Assembly (NCBI GenBank): GCA_963620035.1 | Contig: CAVEXN010000003.1 | Location: 36,374 to 100,373, forward strand | DNA length: 64,000 nt | Origin: Oscillospiraceae bacterium | GTDB lineage: Bacteria; Bacteroidota; Bacteroidia; Bacteroidales; WCHB1-69 | Direction of reading: 5' to 3' | Shown: positions 42,809 through 53,434 of the stretch, piece after piece | Position numbering within the stretch: position 1 is the first letter of the stretch | How the letters are laid out: each line of letters opens with the position of its first letter | The notes under the pieces: model-generated | What the model was told of the DNA's origin: nothing | Databases searched by the model: none | Seen by the model: the letters and a program-made list of their open reading frames with translations, nothing else | Program-made: the position numbers and the translations under genes

Positions 42809-44062
42809 ATGTACGCAGACCTGAAGAAAAGAAACACGAACAACTTTGACGCCAGACTCGTCGTCTATTATGTTGCGTTGGTGTTCATTGGTTGGATCAC
42901 TGTCTATTCTACCTGCTACGTCCCCGATGGCAACAATATCCTGTTCGATTTTTCAAAACCCTATTTCAAACAGTTGCTCTGGATAGGCTCCTCGTTGTTG
43001 ATAAGTGTTGTCATATTGTTGGTCGATAAGAATATAATACAGCATTATGCTTATTATTTCTATGCTTTTTGCCTGTTGCTGATGATATTGGTGTTGTTTG
43101 TAGGAAAGGAGATTTCCGGGGCGAAGGCTTGGATCAAAATAGGCAGTTTCAGCATACAGCCCGTAGAGTTCATGAAATTGGCAACGGCATTGACGATTGC
43201 CAAGTTTTTCAACGAGGGTAAAACAAGCGCCGAAAAACGCTATGTGTGGCTGATTGCCGCAGGAATAGTGCTTGTGCCGGTCGTTCTCGTTATGCTACAG
43301 CACGATGCAGGTTCGGCATTGGTGTTTGCATCGTTCATCATTCTGTTTTACAGGGAAGGACTCAGCGGAGGTCTGCTGCTGCTCGCACTCGTGGCGGCTT
43401 TCCTTTCGGTTTTTACCCTTAAGTTCAATGAGATATACGCCATTGCTTTGCTGCTGGTCATTTTCATCGTCTTTATGGTGAAAGACCGGCTGCATAAAAA
43501 GAAAATGAGAAGAGACATCATTGTTTTTGCCGCATCCGTATTGTTCGTGTTTTCGGTTAATGTGCTCTATGAAAATTTGCTCGAACCCCACCAGAAAAGC
43601 CGCGTGGCTTCAATTTTAGGACAGACGTCAGACCCCAAAGGCATCGACTTTAACCTGAACCAGTCTAAAATCGCAATCGGATCGGGCGGATTCTTCGGTA
43701 AAGGATACCTGAAAGGAACGCAAACAAAACTCAAGTTTGTGCCGGAACAAAGCACCGACTTCATCTTCTGTGCCATAGGGGAAGAGTGGGGGTTTATGGG
43801 CACGATGGTTGTCTTTGCCCTATACATCTCTTTGATTGTTAGAATTTTGAAACTTTCGGAAAAAAACAGGATCCCGTTTGTACGATATTACGGATATGGC
43901 ATTGCCGGCATCATTATGGTCCATTTTTTTGTCAATATCGGCATGACTATAGGACTTGTGCCTATCATCGGAATCCCGTTGCCGTTTATCAGTTACGGAG
44001 GATCCTCGTTATGGGCTTTTACGGCAATGCTGTTTATTTTTATAAAATTGAACGATAATTGA
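42809..44062 (+). CDS. rodA: Rod shape-determining protein RodA (SEDS family)
   Basis: 417 aa polytopic protein with 'PEQSTDFIF' and 'LPFISYGGSS'. Confidence 0.9.
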   Translation: MYADLKKRNTNNFDARLVVYYVALVFIGWITVYSTCYVPDGNNILFDFSKPYFKQLLWIGSSLLISVVILLVDKNIIQHYAYYFYAFCLLLMILVLFVGKEISGAKAWIKIGSFSIQPVEFMKLATALTIAKFFNEGKTSAEKRYVWLIAAGIVLVPVVLVMLQHDAGSALVFASFIILFYREGLSGGLLLLALVAAFLSVFTLKFNEIYAIALLLVIFIVFMVKDRLHKKKMRRDIIVFAASVLFVFSVNVLYENLLEPHQKSRVASILGQTSDPKGIDFNLNQSKIAIGSGGFFGKGYLKGTQTKLKFVPEQSTDFIFCAIGEEWGFMGTMVVFALYISLIVRILKLSEKNRIPFVRYYGYGIAGIIMVHFFVNIGMTIGLVPIIGIPLPFISYGGSSLWAFTAMLFIFIKLNDN

Positions 44063-44068
44063 TAGTGT

Positions 44069-45193
44069 ATGATGAAAAAATTGTCAGTATCTCTCCTGCT
44101 TGTGTTGTTTTGTTTCCCTCTTGTTGCCCAAGAACATCAAAAGACCATCCTGTTTCTGATTCCCTTCTACTCAAATGAATATACAGGGCTCAACCTTTCG
44201 TCTATTCGCAGCAGCGATGACATACGGAATATCCCCGCTTTCAGATTGATGGGGTTTTGGGCTGGCGCACAGGTGGCGATAGATGATTATTCAAAAAACA
44301 ATGACGTTCCTTTGCGGGTAGTGGTATGCGATGTTACGGAAGATGTGGATCATTTGAGGAGCATTATGGAAGACGAGTCTCTGATGCGTGAGGTTGACGT
44401 AATAATAGGTCCGTTTTTCAGCAAGACATTTGCCGTGGCTGCCCGTTATGCCAAACAGTACAAAATACCGATTGTCAATCCGTTCACGACAAGAACAGAC
44501 ATTTTGAATGACAACGAATATGTGTTCAAATCGACACCCTCTTGCGACACCCGCCCCGCCATGTTGGCCTATACGGCCGAACAGTTCCCCGACGCGCATA
44601 TCATATTGGTGTCAGATTCTTCTGCCCAAAACAGTAAATATGCTTGCTATTCCCGTTATTTGAAAGAAAAGGGGATTGCATACATTGCAGTGGAAAACAA
44701 AAGCCATTTGATTGCCGCCATGAAGCCAGAGGGCAGATATTTCATTGTGTCTTTCAGCAACGATGCCGCCCGTATGCTTATGCTGTCAGATGCACTGCTT
44801 TACGGGGCGTTTTCAGGCAAATATGTATTGGTAGTGCCCGAAGAATGGCTCACTTCAAAAACATACGACGTGGGTTATTTTTCGCGCTTGAACATCCATT
44901 TTTTCTCCGATGTTTATGTGGATCCGGCCGATGAGGCTACGCTTTTGTTCATTGACAAGTACAAGGAGCGGTTCAGTGCCCCGCCCACACTCGACAATTT
45001 TGCGTTTCAGGGCTATGATGTGACGCGCTTTTTCATCGATTTCGTAATGCACGACAAGGACCTTGACCGGGTAAAGACGGTACCGTTGGCCTATCCGTTG
45101 AGTTTTTACAAGCGGCCGTCGGGTGGATACGAGAATGTGAACGTCCATTTTTTAGAAGTGGTGGACAATGAAATTCAGCCCGTGCGCTTTTAG
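44069..45193 (+). CDS. Secreted periplasmic-binding-protein-like (type I PBP fold) protein, function uncertain
   Basis: Has a signal peptide. The alternating beta/alpha pattern resembles Leu/Ile/Val-binding folds. The assignment is weak. Confidence 0.45.
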   Translation: MMKKLSVSLLLVLFCFPLVAQEHQKTILFLIPFYSNEYTGLNLSSIRSSDDIRNIPAFRLMGFWAGAQVAIDDYSKNNDVPLRVVVCDVTEDVDHLRSIMEDESLMREVDVIIGPFFSKTFAVAARYAKQYKIPIVNPFTTRTDILNDNEYVFKSTPSCDTRPAMLAYTAEQFPDAHIILVSDSSAQNSKYACYSRYLKEKGIAYIAVENKSHLIAAMKPEGRYFIVSFSNDAARMLMLSDALLYGAFSGKYVLVVPEEWLTSKTYDVGYFSRLNIHFFSDVYVDPADEATLLFIDKYKERFSAPPTLDNFAFQGYDVTRFFIDFVMHDKDLDRVKTVPLAYPLSFYKRPSGGYENVNVHFLEVVDNEIQPVRF

Positions 45194-46134
45194 CCTTTCA
45201 GGTTACGGTATCGTTTTATGAGCCATTGTCCCGCCCAAGGGGCGGAGTGATGAATCATAGGTATCTGATAGGGTGCTCCCCCGAAACTGCGGTATAGCCG
45301 TGCCACATTCTCATCTGACGAACCGTTAAAGTCGAGGATGAGATTCTTTCCGGCGTTTTCTTTAATGTATTCATTGAGGATGAAAAACATGGGGCACGAG
45401 GACGAAAGGCTTCCGTCGCGCCCGGAAAACCAGAATAGGGTACGTCCGGGTTCTTTCAGAAACAAAGCGCCCGCCGCCAGTTCACCCGTCGGGGTTATGG
45501 CACCGCGCAGGTCGAGTGCGCCCGCCTTGAGCAACAATACGGCGGTTTTGCGCAAGGTATCATAATCGCGGTCCCTGAAGTTGACGGCTTTGCTTTTCCC
45601 ACGGTATTTCCGGAATAGTCTGATGGTTTGTTCCAGGATGTCCGGATTTTCTGTTATGGACAGCGAATGGCGTAGTGCAATCTTTATGTTCCTTTTCGTG
45701 TTTTGAGAAAAAGATTGAAAAAGGGTGGGGTAGGGCTGCTGCAGGCCCAGTCGGTGAGACACGCATTGCAGGATGTCTGTGCCCAACAGCGATGTGTCGT
45801 TTTCTGTGTTCAGAATGAGGTCAACCTGCCTGAATTTGCGCGGGATGGCATAGAAGAACGTTGAGGTTTTGCTGGCATCGACGGTCTTGGGCGAAAAAAT
45901 GCCGAGACCGGAAATGAAGAACGGGGTATAAATGTAGGGCACCCCCCATTTGATTCGGCGCGGCAGAGGCATGACGGCAGCATAGTCGTCTTCTATCAAG
46001 GCATCCCAGCCTGCATCGGCGGTCAGGGTGTTCAAAAGTCCGAAAGTGGCCAGCCGTGACGCGAACCGCGAGGACAGGACGGTCGAGTCCCATTTTACGG
46101 GGTCAATGTCCCGGTGTCTGACGAAACGAATCAT
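45190..46134 (-). CDS. Hypothetical protein, possibly a FemAB/GNAT-fold acyltransferase
   Basis: 314 aa with 4-nt overlaps with both gpsA and the convergent upstream gene. The family guess is from overall resemblance only. Confidence 0.4.
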   Translation of the reverse strand: MIRFVRHRDIDPVKWDSTVLSSRFASRLATFGLLNTLTADAGWDALIEDDYAAVMPLPRRIKWGVPYIYTPFFISGLGIFSPKTVDASKTSTFFYAIPRKFRQVDLILNTENDTSLLGTDILQCVSHRLGLQQPYPTLFQSFSQNTKRNIKIALRHSLSITENPDILEQTIRLFRKYRGKSKAVNFRDRDYDTLRKTAVLLLKAGALDLRGAITPTGELAAGALFLKEPGRTLFWFSGRDGSLSSSCPMFFILNEYIKENAGKNLILDFNGSSDENVARLYRSFGGAPYQIPMIHHSAPWAGQWLIKRYRNLKG

Positions 46135-47126
46135 ACGAAATGCTCGGCAATGCGTTTCATTTCCGAGGAAACATTGTTGTTTTCATAGAGAATGCCGTAA
46201 ATGGTTTCCACAATCGGAATGTCTGCCAGGTATTTTTTGTTGATTTCGTGTACGCAGCGGCATGCCGTGTAGCCCTCTGACACCATGCGGAGTTCCAGCA
46301 GCGACACGCGCACCGAGAGCCCATGCCCGATCATAATGCCGAAAAGACGGTTGCGGCTGTAAGTGGAGTAGGCCGTCACGAGCAAGTCGCCCAAATAAAC
46401 GGAATCGGAAATGTGCCGGTTCTCGTTGGGGTAGATTTTCGAGACAAAACTCTTCATTTCCTTCACGCAGTTGGCCACGTATGCCGCAATGAAGTTGTCG
46501 CCGTAGCCCAAGCCGCTGTAGATGCCTGCGCCGAGTGCGTAGATGTTTTTCAGCACAATGGACAATTCGGCCCCCATCATGTCACTGGACACGGAGGTGC
46601 GGCAGTAACGGTTCGTAAAGAAACCGGCCACAGTTTTGGCTAGTTCTTGGTTTACAGAGGCTGCGGTCAGGAATGTGAACTTTTCCTGCGCAATCTCTTC
46701 GGCGTGCGACGGACCGCTGATGATAGACATGTTCTCGACGGGGATCTTGAACTGTGTCTGCATATAGTCGCTAATCAGCTGCATTGTTTCCGGCACGATG
46801 CCTTTGACGGCAAGGATAATCTTGCGTTTGTGCAGTTGGCTGCGCTGCAGCGGGATCAGCGTCTGGTGCAAGTATGCCGACGGCGTGACGATGATGACAT
46901 AGTCTGCCTTTGACACTACCGTCCGGAGGTTGGAACTGACGCGCACGTCTTCTGGGTTGATGAATACAGAACTCAGGTATTTAGGGTTATGGCCGTACTG
47001 CACAATGCTTTCTGCCGCCTCTTCGTCACGCACCCACCAATGGATGTGCTCCAGGTTTGACGAGATAATCTTGATGATTGCGGTAGCCCAACTTCCGCTC
47101 CCTATCACGGCCACACGGTAGCGCAT
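46131..47126 (-). CDS. gpsA: NAD(P)H-dependent glycerol-3-phosphate dehydrogenase
   Basis: 'VAVIGSGSWATAI'. Start trimmed to the ATG at 47126 (MRYRVAVIG...); the ORF-track start is 47177. Confidence 0.9.
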   Translation of the reverse strand: MRYRVAVIGSGSWATAIIKIISSNLEHIHWWVRDEEAAESIVQYGHNPKYLSSVFINPEDVRVSSNLRTVVSKADYVIIVTPSAYLHQTLIPLQRSQLHKRKIILAVKGIVPETMQLISDYMQTQFKIPVENMSIISGPSHAEEIAQEKFTFLTAASVNQELAKTVAGFFTNRYCRTSVSSDMMGAELSIVLKNIYALGAGIYSGLGYGDNFIAAYVANCVKEMKSFVSKIYPNENRHISDSVYLGDLLVTAYSTYSRNRLFGIMIGHGLSVRVSLLELRMVSEGYTACRCVHEINKKYLADIPIVETIYGILYENNNVSSEMKRIAEHFV

Positions 47127-47285
47127 GCGGGTCTTCTTGCTTCGTGGAACTACAGGTAAAAAATCTTGCGTTATCATGAAAATGATTTTTCACATTTTTT
47201 AAGGGCGCAAAGATATAAAAAGTTTTCAAGTGATGGTGCGTTTCTACTATTTTAGTACTTTTGCCTTCTCTTAACGTGCATAATA

Positions 47286-48938
47286 ATGAAAAGAATCGTT
47301 CTTTTTAACATTTTGATAATGACGGCATTGGCGATTTCGGCTCAGCCTGCTTCCGTCAAAAATGTCATTGTTATGATTCCGGACGGCACCTCTACGAGCC
47401 TTGTGTCGGCAGCACGGTGGTATCAAACCTATCTTGATTCTTCGCATAACACGCTGTGCATGGACCCTTATTTCAGAGGTTTGGTACGCACCCATTCGTC
47501 AGACGCGCCTATTGGCGATTCGGCCCCAACCACCTCCTGCTACATGACAGGACAACCTACACAGACTTCTTTCGTATCGGTATATCCTGTGAAAACTGAC
47601 CACGACATAGTGCCGGTAGATGCGGCCAAGGCTTACCAGCCGCTGGCAACACTGCTGGAGGCCTCCAAACAGTTGCTTGATATGTCAACGGGGTTGGTGT
47701 TCACATGCGAATTTCCGCACGCCACCCCGGCCGATTGTGCCGCCCACTCCTATAAGCGCAGCCGTTACGACCTCATTATCCCGCAGATGGTACACAACAA
47801 GGTTGACGTTGTAATCGGTGGCGGCGTCAAGTACCTCGATTCTGCCAACCGTGCGTTCCTCGAATGCGAGGGTTACAAAGTGGCTTTGGACAACATGCAG
47901 CAGATGCGCACCTTTTCGGAAGCCCCGTTCTGGGCTCTCTTTGAACCTGAGAGTATGCCCTACGAGATGGAACGTGACACGTCGCGCCTCCCCTCGCTCG
48001 CAGAGATGACCGCCAAAGCCATCGGGGCGCTGTCCCAAAACCCGAACGGCTTTTTCCTGATGGTGGAAGGCAGCAAGATCGATTGGGCAGCACACGACAA
48101 CGACGCCAAAGCGACCATCACGGACTTTCTGGCTTTTGACGAGGCTTGCGGCGTGGCGCTCGACTTTGCGCGCCGCGACGGGAAAACCCTCGTGGTCATC
48201 CTGCCTGACCACGGCAACAGCGCCATCACTTTAGGCAACGCACGCTCTAACCGCAATTACGACAAACTGTCACTCCAGCAGCTGATGTCGCCCATCGACC
48301 ATTACAACCTTTCGCTTTGGACGATGGCTGAAATGATGAAAACGGCACAGACATCGGAATGGCCTGCATTGTTTGAAAAGTATTACAACATCACCCCTAA
48401 CGAGGCCGATATCGATTATTTGCAGTCGGCAAGCGACTATAATCTTTCAAAACATCCCAAGGCGCAGCGAAAAGACAACCTCCCGCTTTCGCGAATGCTC
48501 TCGCAGTTCCTGTACGGCCGCACTTACTTCGGATTCACTACGTTCGGGCATACGGGCGAGAATGTTTTCTATGCCATGTACCATCCTCACGGCGATGCGC
48601 TTTCGGGCTGCGTAACGAACGTGCAGATGCACCAGTATCTGTGTCGCCAGATCGGGCTTGAGGACTCGCTGCCGAACCTGACCGAAAAAATCTATGCCGA
48701 CCATCACGCTGTGTTCAAAGGATTTGAGACGAAGATAGACAGTCTATCGCCAGCACAATACAAACTTACCGTCAAAGGGAAAAACCGAATGCTTACAGCT
48801 AACAGCTTCGACAATTGTGTGTATCTCAAAAGCCGTAAAGAAAACCGGAAGATAGAACTCTCTTCGGTCATCGTCTATATGCCGAAAAACAACACTTTTT
48901 ATTTGCCCAAAGAATTGTCAACCTATCTGCAGCAATAG
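47286..48938 (+). CDS. Alkaline phosphatase family protein (secreted)
   Basis: Has a signal peptide, 'MIPDGTS', 'GDSAPTTSCYMTG' (Ser nucleophile region), 'IDWAAHDND' and 'LPDHGNS'. Confidence 0.75.
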   Translation: MKRIVLFNILIMTALAISAQPASVKNVIVMIPDGTSTSLVSAARWYQTYLDSSHNTLCMDPYFRGLVRTHSSDAPIGDSAPTTSCYMTGQPTQTSFVSVYPVKTDHDIVPVDAAKAYQPLATLLEASKQLLDMSTGLVFTCEFPHATPADCAAHSYKRSRYDLIIPQMVHNKVDVVIGGGVKYLDSANRAFLECEGYKVALDNMQQMRTFSEAPFWALFEPESMPYEMERDTSRLPSLAEMTAKAIGALSQNPNGFFLMVEGSKIDWAAHDNDAKATITDFLAFDEACGVALDFARRDGKTLVVILPDHGNSAITLGNARSNRNYDKLSLQQLMSPIDHYNLSLWTMAEMMKTAQTSEWPALFEKYYNITPNEADIDYLQSASDYNLSKHPKAQRKDNLPLSRMLSQFLYGRTYFGFTTFGHTGENVFYAMYHPHGDALSGCVTNVQMHQYLCRQIGLEDSLPNLTEKIYADHHAVFKGFETKIDSLSPAQYKLTVKGKNRMLTANSFDNCVYLKSRKENRKIELSSVIVYMPKNNTFYLPKELSTYLQQ

Positions 48939-48992
48939 AATCAGAACAGAGAATCCAATATTTTTTCACACAGAACAAATAAACAAGTAAAT

Positions 48993-49946
48993 ATGGAAAC
49001 GACCACACACATCCCGGGTCAGAACGCACATCAGGACCAACAGAATCCGCTTAAGAAATGGGTGATACTATTAGGAATTCTGGCGGCCGTCTTTTTTGCG
49101 ACAACGCTGTACTTCGGTTTCTTTGCCAAGCCGGTGCTCAACCAGCAGTATGTGCAAGTAGAAAACAGCAAAAGGGAACTACAGTCTGAACTGGATTCCT
49201 TGCTGGCTGAACACGCCAAGATAAAGGAACAGTACGGCAGCCTTTCCGAACGCCTCAGCGAAAAAGACAGCATCATTATGGCCAATGCCGCAGAGATTGA
49301 ACAACTGATCCAATCCCAGGCCGACTATAAAAAAATCAAACGCCAGTTGGCTCGTCTGCAGAACATTTCGCAGGAGTATGTGAAAGAGATGGACAAACTC
49401 TATCAGGAAAACAAGACGCTGAAAGAGGAGAACACGACGGTGAAGGCCTCCCTTGAGCAAGAACGCCAAGACAAGGCCAACATCCAGAAGTCGAACGACG
49501 ACCTTACCGCCAAAATCACGGATGCGGCCGTCTATAAAGCCTACAACATCCGCAGTGCGGGCTATATGGTGAAAAACAAAGGCACGGAAGAGCCGACCGA
49601 GAAGGCGTCGCGCGTGAAACGTATCAAGACTACTTTCATACTGGGCGAGAACCCACTCATTGATGCCGGTCCGGTCAATGTGTATTGCCGTATCGCCGTG
49701 CCCGGCGAAGGCGAAAGCAAAGGCAAAGTGCTCACCCCGGGTTCCGGAGACCATTACTCATTCGTGCATAACGGACAGAGACTGCAGTACTCCGCCAAGA
49801 CGGTGGTGCAATACGACAACAAGGCACAGAACGTGACCATCAATTGGAACCTCGAGCCCGACGACAAGGCCATAAAGGGCAAGTATGTAGTACAGATATT
49901 CACTGACGACCAGTTCCTCGGAGAAAGTTTCTTCACTTTGAAATAA
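48993..49946 (+). CDS. Membrane-anchored coiled-coil protein (hypothetical)
   Basis: One N-terminal TM ('WVILLGILAAVFFATTLYFGFF'), ~130 aa of coiled coil and a beta-rich C-terminal domain. Confidence 0.6.
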   Translation: METTTHIPGQNAHQDQQNPLKKWVILLGILAAVFFATTLYFGFFAKPVLNQQYVQVENSKRELQSELDSLLAEHAKIKEQYGSLSERLSEKDSIIMANAAEIEQLIQSQADYKKIKRQLARLQNISQEYVKEMDKLYQENKTLKEENTTVKASLEQERQDKANIQKSNDDLTAKITDAAVYKAYNIRSAGYMVKNKGTEEPTEKASRVKRIKTTFILGENPLIDAGPVNVYCRIAVPGEGESKGKVLTPGSGDHYSFVHNGQRLQYSAKTVVQYDNKAQNVTINWNLEPDDKAIKGKYVVQIFTDDQFLGESFFTLK

Positions 49947-49988
49947 AATCAGGCAGCACTTTTGTCATATTTGTCACAAAAAGAAAAG

Positions 49989-50939
49989 ATGATCAGCAGA
50001 AGATATTTAAGGACAAAGACAATGCAGGCTCTCTATGCTTACAGCATGAAACCGTTCGAGGACCCGTTGAACGCACAGACAGCACTGGTGAAGACGGTAC
50101 GGAATTGCTATACGCTTTTTCTGTGGTTCTTCTCGATATTTCCCGAATTGACCTACTACCGGAAAAACAAGTTGGAGGACCTGAAAGGCAAGCATAACCC
50201 CACGGCAGAAGACCTGAACCCGAACCTCAAATTTGTAGAAAACCAGGTAATTGAACAAATTGAGGACAACACCGTGCTGAAGCGGCTGTTCGCCAACAAC
50301 CGCATCGACTGGTCTAACGACACCGATGTCATTGTACGCCTTTTCCACATCATAGAGGAGACGGAGGAGTATAAAACCTTTATGGCCAATCCGGAAAGAA
50401 GTTACGAAGAAGACCGCAAACTGGTGCTCGCCATCATAGAGAAGGTGCTCGCCCCTGACGAGTATATGCACTGGTATTTCAGCGAGAAAGACACCAATTG
50501 GCTGGACGATTATGAGGAGGCCCTCTCCATGTTGTACCGGAACATTGAACGATTCAAACAGAAAGCCGGAGCCGAAAACAAGATTTTCCCGCTTTACAAG
50601 GATACGCAGGATGAAGAAGGGTTCATAAAGAAACTTTTTGCAGAAACCATAAAGCACGATGCTGAATATGAACGAATCATTGAGGAGAAATTGCACAATT
50701 GGGAACTCGAACGCGTCACGGGTATGGATATACTGTTGATCAAGATGGCCGTTTGCGAGTTCGTGGAGTTCTCCGGCATCCCGATTAAGGTAACGATGAA
50801 CGAATACATTGAGTTGGCCAAACTTTACAGTACAGGAAAGAGTCACGGCTTTGTTAACGGGGTGCTCGACAAATTGCTGGTTGACCTCAAAGAACAAGGG
50901 AAAATAAACAAAACAGGAACAGGACTTTATCAGAAATAA
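49989..50939 (+). CDS. nusB: Transcription antitermination factor NusB (long Bacteroidetes form)
   Basis: Begins 'MISRRYLRTKTMQALYAY'. The C-terminal NusB fold includes '...LAKLYSTGKSHGFVNGVLDK'. Confidence 0.85.
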   Translation: MISRRYLRTKTMQALYAYSMKPFEDPLNAQTALVKTVRNCYTLFLWFFSIFPELTYYRKNKLEDLKGKHNPTAEDLNPNLKFVENQVIEQIEDNTVLKRLFANNRIDWSNDTDVIVRLFHIIEETEEYKTFMANPERSYEEDRKLVLAIIEKVLAPDEYMHWYFSEKDTNWLDDYEEALSMLYRNIERFKQKAGAENKIFPLYKDTQDEEGFIKKLFAETIKHDAEYERIIEEKLHNWELERVTGMDILLIKMAVCEFVEFSGIPIKVTMNEYIELAKLYSTGKSHGFVNGVLDKLLVDLKEQGKINKTGTGLYQK

Positions 50940-50940
50940 G

Positions 50941-51411
50941 ATGAAAAACCACATCTGTCTTTTTATGGCATTCGGCTTGCTGTTGATGGCCGGCTGTAAG
51001 CAGAAACCGGCACAGGAAGGTGATTTCAAAGTGTCGGATGTGCATATACCTCAAACCGCCGCCGGAATTTCTAAAAAGGAAATGGAAAAAATGCCCGTTA
51101 TCCAGTTCGAGCGCACCTCGTACAATTTCGGCGAGGTGGTCAAAGGCGAGAAACTCACCTATTCTTTCAAATTCAAGAATACGGGCAAGTCGAACCTCAT
51201 CATTTACTCTTCGGAGGCCACTTGCGGCTGCACCACGTCAACGCCGCCAAAAGCGCCCATTCGCCCGGGAGAGTCTGGGGAGATTGTTGTCACGTTCGAT
51301 TCACATTCGCAGGACGGAAAAGTGACAAAACGAATCTTGGTCGGCGCCAACACTTATCCCGCGGAGACAATCCTGACCATCACGGCCAACGTGTCATCCT
51401 CAAAACAGTAA
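50941..51411 (+). CDS. DUF1573-domain lipoprotein
   Basis: Lipobox 'LLMAGC', plus 'FKFKNTGKSNLII' and the 'ATCGCTT' motif. Confidence 0.8.
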   Translation: MKNHICLFMAFGLLLMAGCKQKPAQEGDFKVSDVHIPQTAAGISKKEMEKMPVIQFERTSYNFGEVVKGEKLTYSFKFKNTGKSNLIIYSSEATCGCTTSTPPKAPIRPGESGEIVVTFDSHSQDGKVTKRILVGANTYPAETILTITANVSSSKQ

Positions 51412-51457
51412 ACGACATCAATTATTCTATTTTTATAACCAAAATTAAAACAGACTT

Positions 51458-51817
51458 ATGTATCAGATGATTCCCTTGTTGCAAGCAGCCCCTGGTGGCT
51501 CTAAACTCTTCAGCGGTGGCGGCTCCGGCCTTATTTTCATCCTGCTGATTATTCTGGTGTTCTATTTCTTCATGATCAGACCTCAGCAGAAAAGGCAGAA
51601 AAACATTGAAGCCGCAAGAAACAGTCTCAAGAAAGGCGACCACATTGTTACTATCGGCGGTGTTCACGGCAAGATTACGGACGAAAAAGCAAAAAGTTTT
51701 GTCATAGAGGTTGCCCCCGACGTGCGCATCGAAGTTGACAAGAATGCCATTTCCATTTCAGAAGCACAAATTAAAAATCAAAAGACTTCCAAGACCCAAG
51801 AAAAGCAGGAAAAATAA
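51458..51817 (+). CDS. yajC: Preprotein translocase subunit YajC
   Basis: 119 aa with one TM, 'IRPQQKRQK' and 'GGVHGKI'. Confidence 0.85.
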   Translation: MYQMIPLLQAAPGGSKLFSGGGSGLIFILLIILVFYFFMIRPQQKRQKNIEAARNSLKKGDHIVTIGGVHGKITDEKAKSFVIEVAPDVRIEVDKNAISISEAQIKNQKTSKTQEKQEK

Positions 51818-52224
51818 TGAGCATCAGGCAGAAAATCAGATTCCCGTCAGCCGCCTTTCTGGTGTGTCTATTCATTTCTATAGGGATATGGTGCGTCATT
51901 ACTTTCTCTAAGGATTACAGGGTGACGTACAATTATAAGATCCACTGTTACAACCTTCCGGAAGGAAAAGAATCGGTAACGGTGTCCGACTCTGTGCTGA
52001 CGCTGACATTCAACCAGAAAGGACTCAAATATCTTGCTCCGCCATTCATCAGGAAGGACAAGGAACTATACATATCCGTAAAGGATTTGATACAGCCTAA
52101 GAAGAAGATTTCTGTCTATACATTCACGAACAAGGAGTTGCGCGACTATTTGTCGCACCACAATTTCGGTTCAGAACTTGCATCGGTTGATGCCCCGGAA
52201 GTCGTAACCTTTTATTTGCAATAA
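51817..52224 (+). CDS. Small membrane-anchored protein (YbbR-like?)
   Basis: 135 aa with an N-terminal TM. The start overlaps the yajC stop. The family guess is weak. Confidence 0.4.
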   Translation: MSIRQKIRFPSAAFLVCLFISIGIWCVITFSKDYRVTYNYKIHCYNLPEGKESVTVSDSVLTLTFNQKGLKYLAPPFIRKDKELYISVKDLIQPKKKISVYTFTNKELRDYLSHHNFGSELASVDAPEVVTFYLQ

Positions 52225-52295
52225 GACATGAGCCGGTGAATGCACGAGATGCGTCAATGGCTTTGTATGAACACAGACCTTTTGCTCATATCGTA

Positions 52296-52871
52296 ATGGC
52301 AACAAAATACAGAATAGCGCTCACGGGCGGCATAGGCACAGGCAAGACCTACCTTTCACGGCACTTTGTGCAGATGGGCATTCCGGTGTTTTATGCCGAT
52401 GACGAGGCCAAGGCGCTCTATCGCGACGAGGCTTTTGTGCGGAAGTTGTGTACGCTGTTCGGAAAGCGGATACTTGATGCGACGGGGCAAGTTGACAGAC
52501 AAGTGTTGGCCGACATCATATTCAACGATGGACAGCAATTGGCACGGTTGGAACAGTTGGTGCATCCTGCGGTGATGCAGCGTTTTGAACAATGGGCTGA
52601 AATTCAGCCGGGCAACGCAGTGATGATGGAGTCGGCGGTGGTGTTTGAACGAGGCCTTGATGTCCATTTCGATAAAGTGATAGTTGCGGACGCTCCGTTG
52701 GAACTTCGAATCAAAAGGGTACTGAAACGCACCCCGGGCATCAAGCGCGAGCAGGTGCTTCAGCGTATGGACAAGCAGATGCCACAAGAAGAAAAATGCC
52801 GCCGTGCGGATCTTGTCGTCTGCACGGGCGAGACCTATTGCGAAACAGAAAAGGGCGTGCCGCAACCGTGA
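52296..52871 (+). CDS. coaE: Dephospho-CoA kinase
   Basis: 'IALTGGIGTGKT' directly follows the ATG at 52296. The ORF-track GTG start at 52236 is less likely. Confidence 0.85.
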   Translation: MATKYRIALTGGIGTGKTYLSRHFVQMGIPVFYADDEAKALYRDEAFVRKLCTLFGKRILDATGQVDRQVLADIIFNDGQQLARLEQLVHPAVMQRFEQWAEIQPGNAVMMESAVVFERGLDVHFDKVIVADAPLELRIKRVLKRTPGIKREQVLQRMDKQMPQEEKCRRADLVVCTGETYCETEKGVPQP

Positions 52872-52908
52872 CGCGCCCTTTTGCTTTGCTCAAAAAAGCC
52901 TTTGTTTT

Positions 52909-53355
52909 TCAGAATGGCAAGTCGTCAGTGCCGTCCGCCATCGATGGCTCGAACTGGTCGCCCGATGGCGTTTCAAGCGTGTTGTTCGGCATCTGCTGCT
53001 CTGTCGGCGAGTTGGCGTCTCCCGGACCTTTGGGGCTCAATATCGTGAACGTGCCCGCCTCAATCTCGGTGATATAGCGGCGCATGCCGTTGTCTTCCCA
53101 ATTGCGCGTGCGCAATTTGCCCTCCAGGTAAATCATCTTGCCTTTTGTAAGGTACTTCTCGGCAACCTCTGCCAAATTGCGCCAGCAGTAAATGTTGTGC
53201 CACTCCGTGACTTCTGTGCGGTTGCCGTTCTTGTCTTTGTACGTCTCCGACGTGGCCAACGTAAAGGAGGCTTTCTTTACGCCGTTCTCAAAGGTGCGCA
53301 CCTCGGGGTCTCTCCCCAAGTTTCCTACTAAGATTACTTTGTTGATTCCAGACAT
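52909..53355 (-). CDS. ssb: Single-stranded DNA-binding protein
   Basis: Begins 'MSGINKVILVGNLGRDPEVR' and has an acidic tail '...DDLPF'. Confidence 0.95.
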   Translation of the reverse strand: MSGINKVILVGNLGRDPEVRTFENGVKKASFTLATSETYKDKNGNRTEVTEWHNIYCWRNLAEVAEKYLTKGKMIYLEGKLRTRNWEDNGMRRYITEIEAGTFTILSPKGPGDANSPTEQQMPNNTLETPSGDQFEPSMADGTDDLPF

Positions 53356-53380
53356 AGTGTTTTGTTTTTAAAGTTTGCGG

Positions 53381-53388
53381 CAAAGATA
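53381..53388 (-). promoter_or_regulatory. Candidate -7 box (TATCTTTG on the minus strand) for ssb
   Basis: The plus strand reads 'caaagata', 26 nt upstream of the ssb ATG. Confidence 0.45.
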
Positions 53389-53434
53389 ATAAAATTTATC
53401 AAATTGGCATAATATTAAAAATATATTTATTTTT

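Noticed and set aside
50007-51029. 340-aa minus-strand ORF opposite nusB, together with similar antisense ORFs 23455-24114, 47685-48212, 49179-49754, 52356-52865, 52804-53331 and 62776-63615
   Set aside because: All lie fully inside well-supported genes on the other strand and show no recognisable motifs. I treat them as chance open frames.
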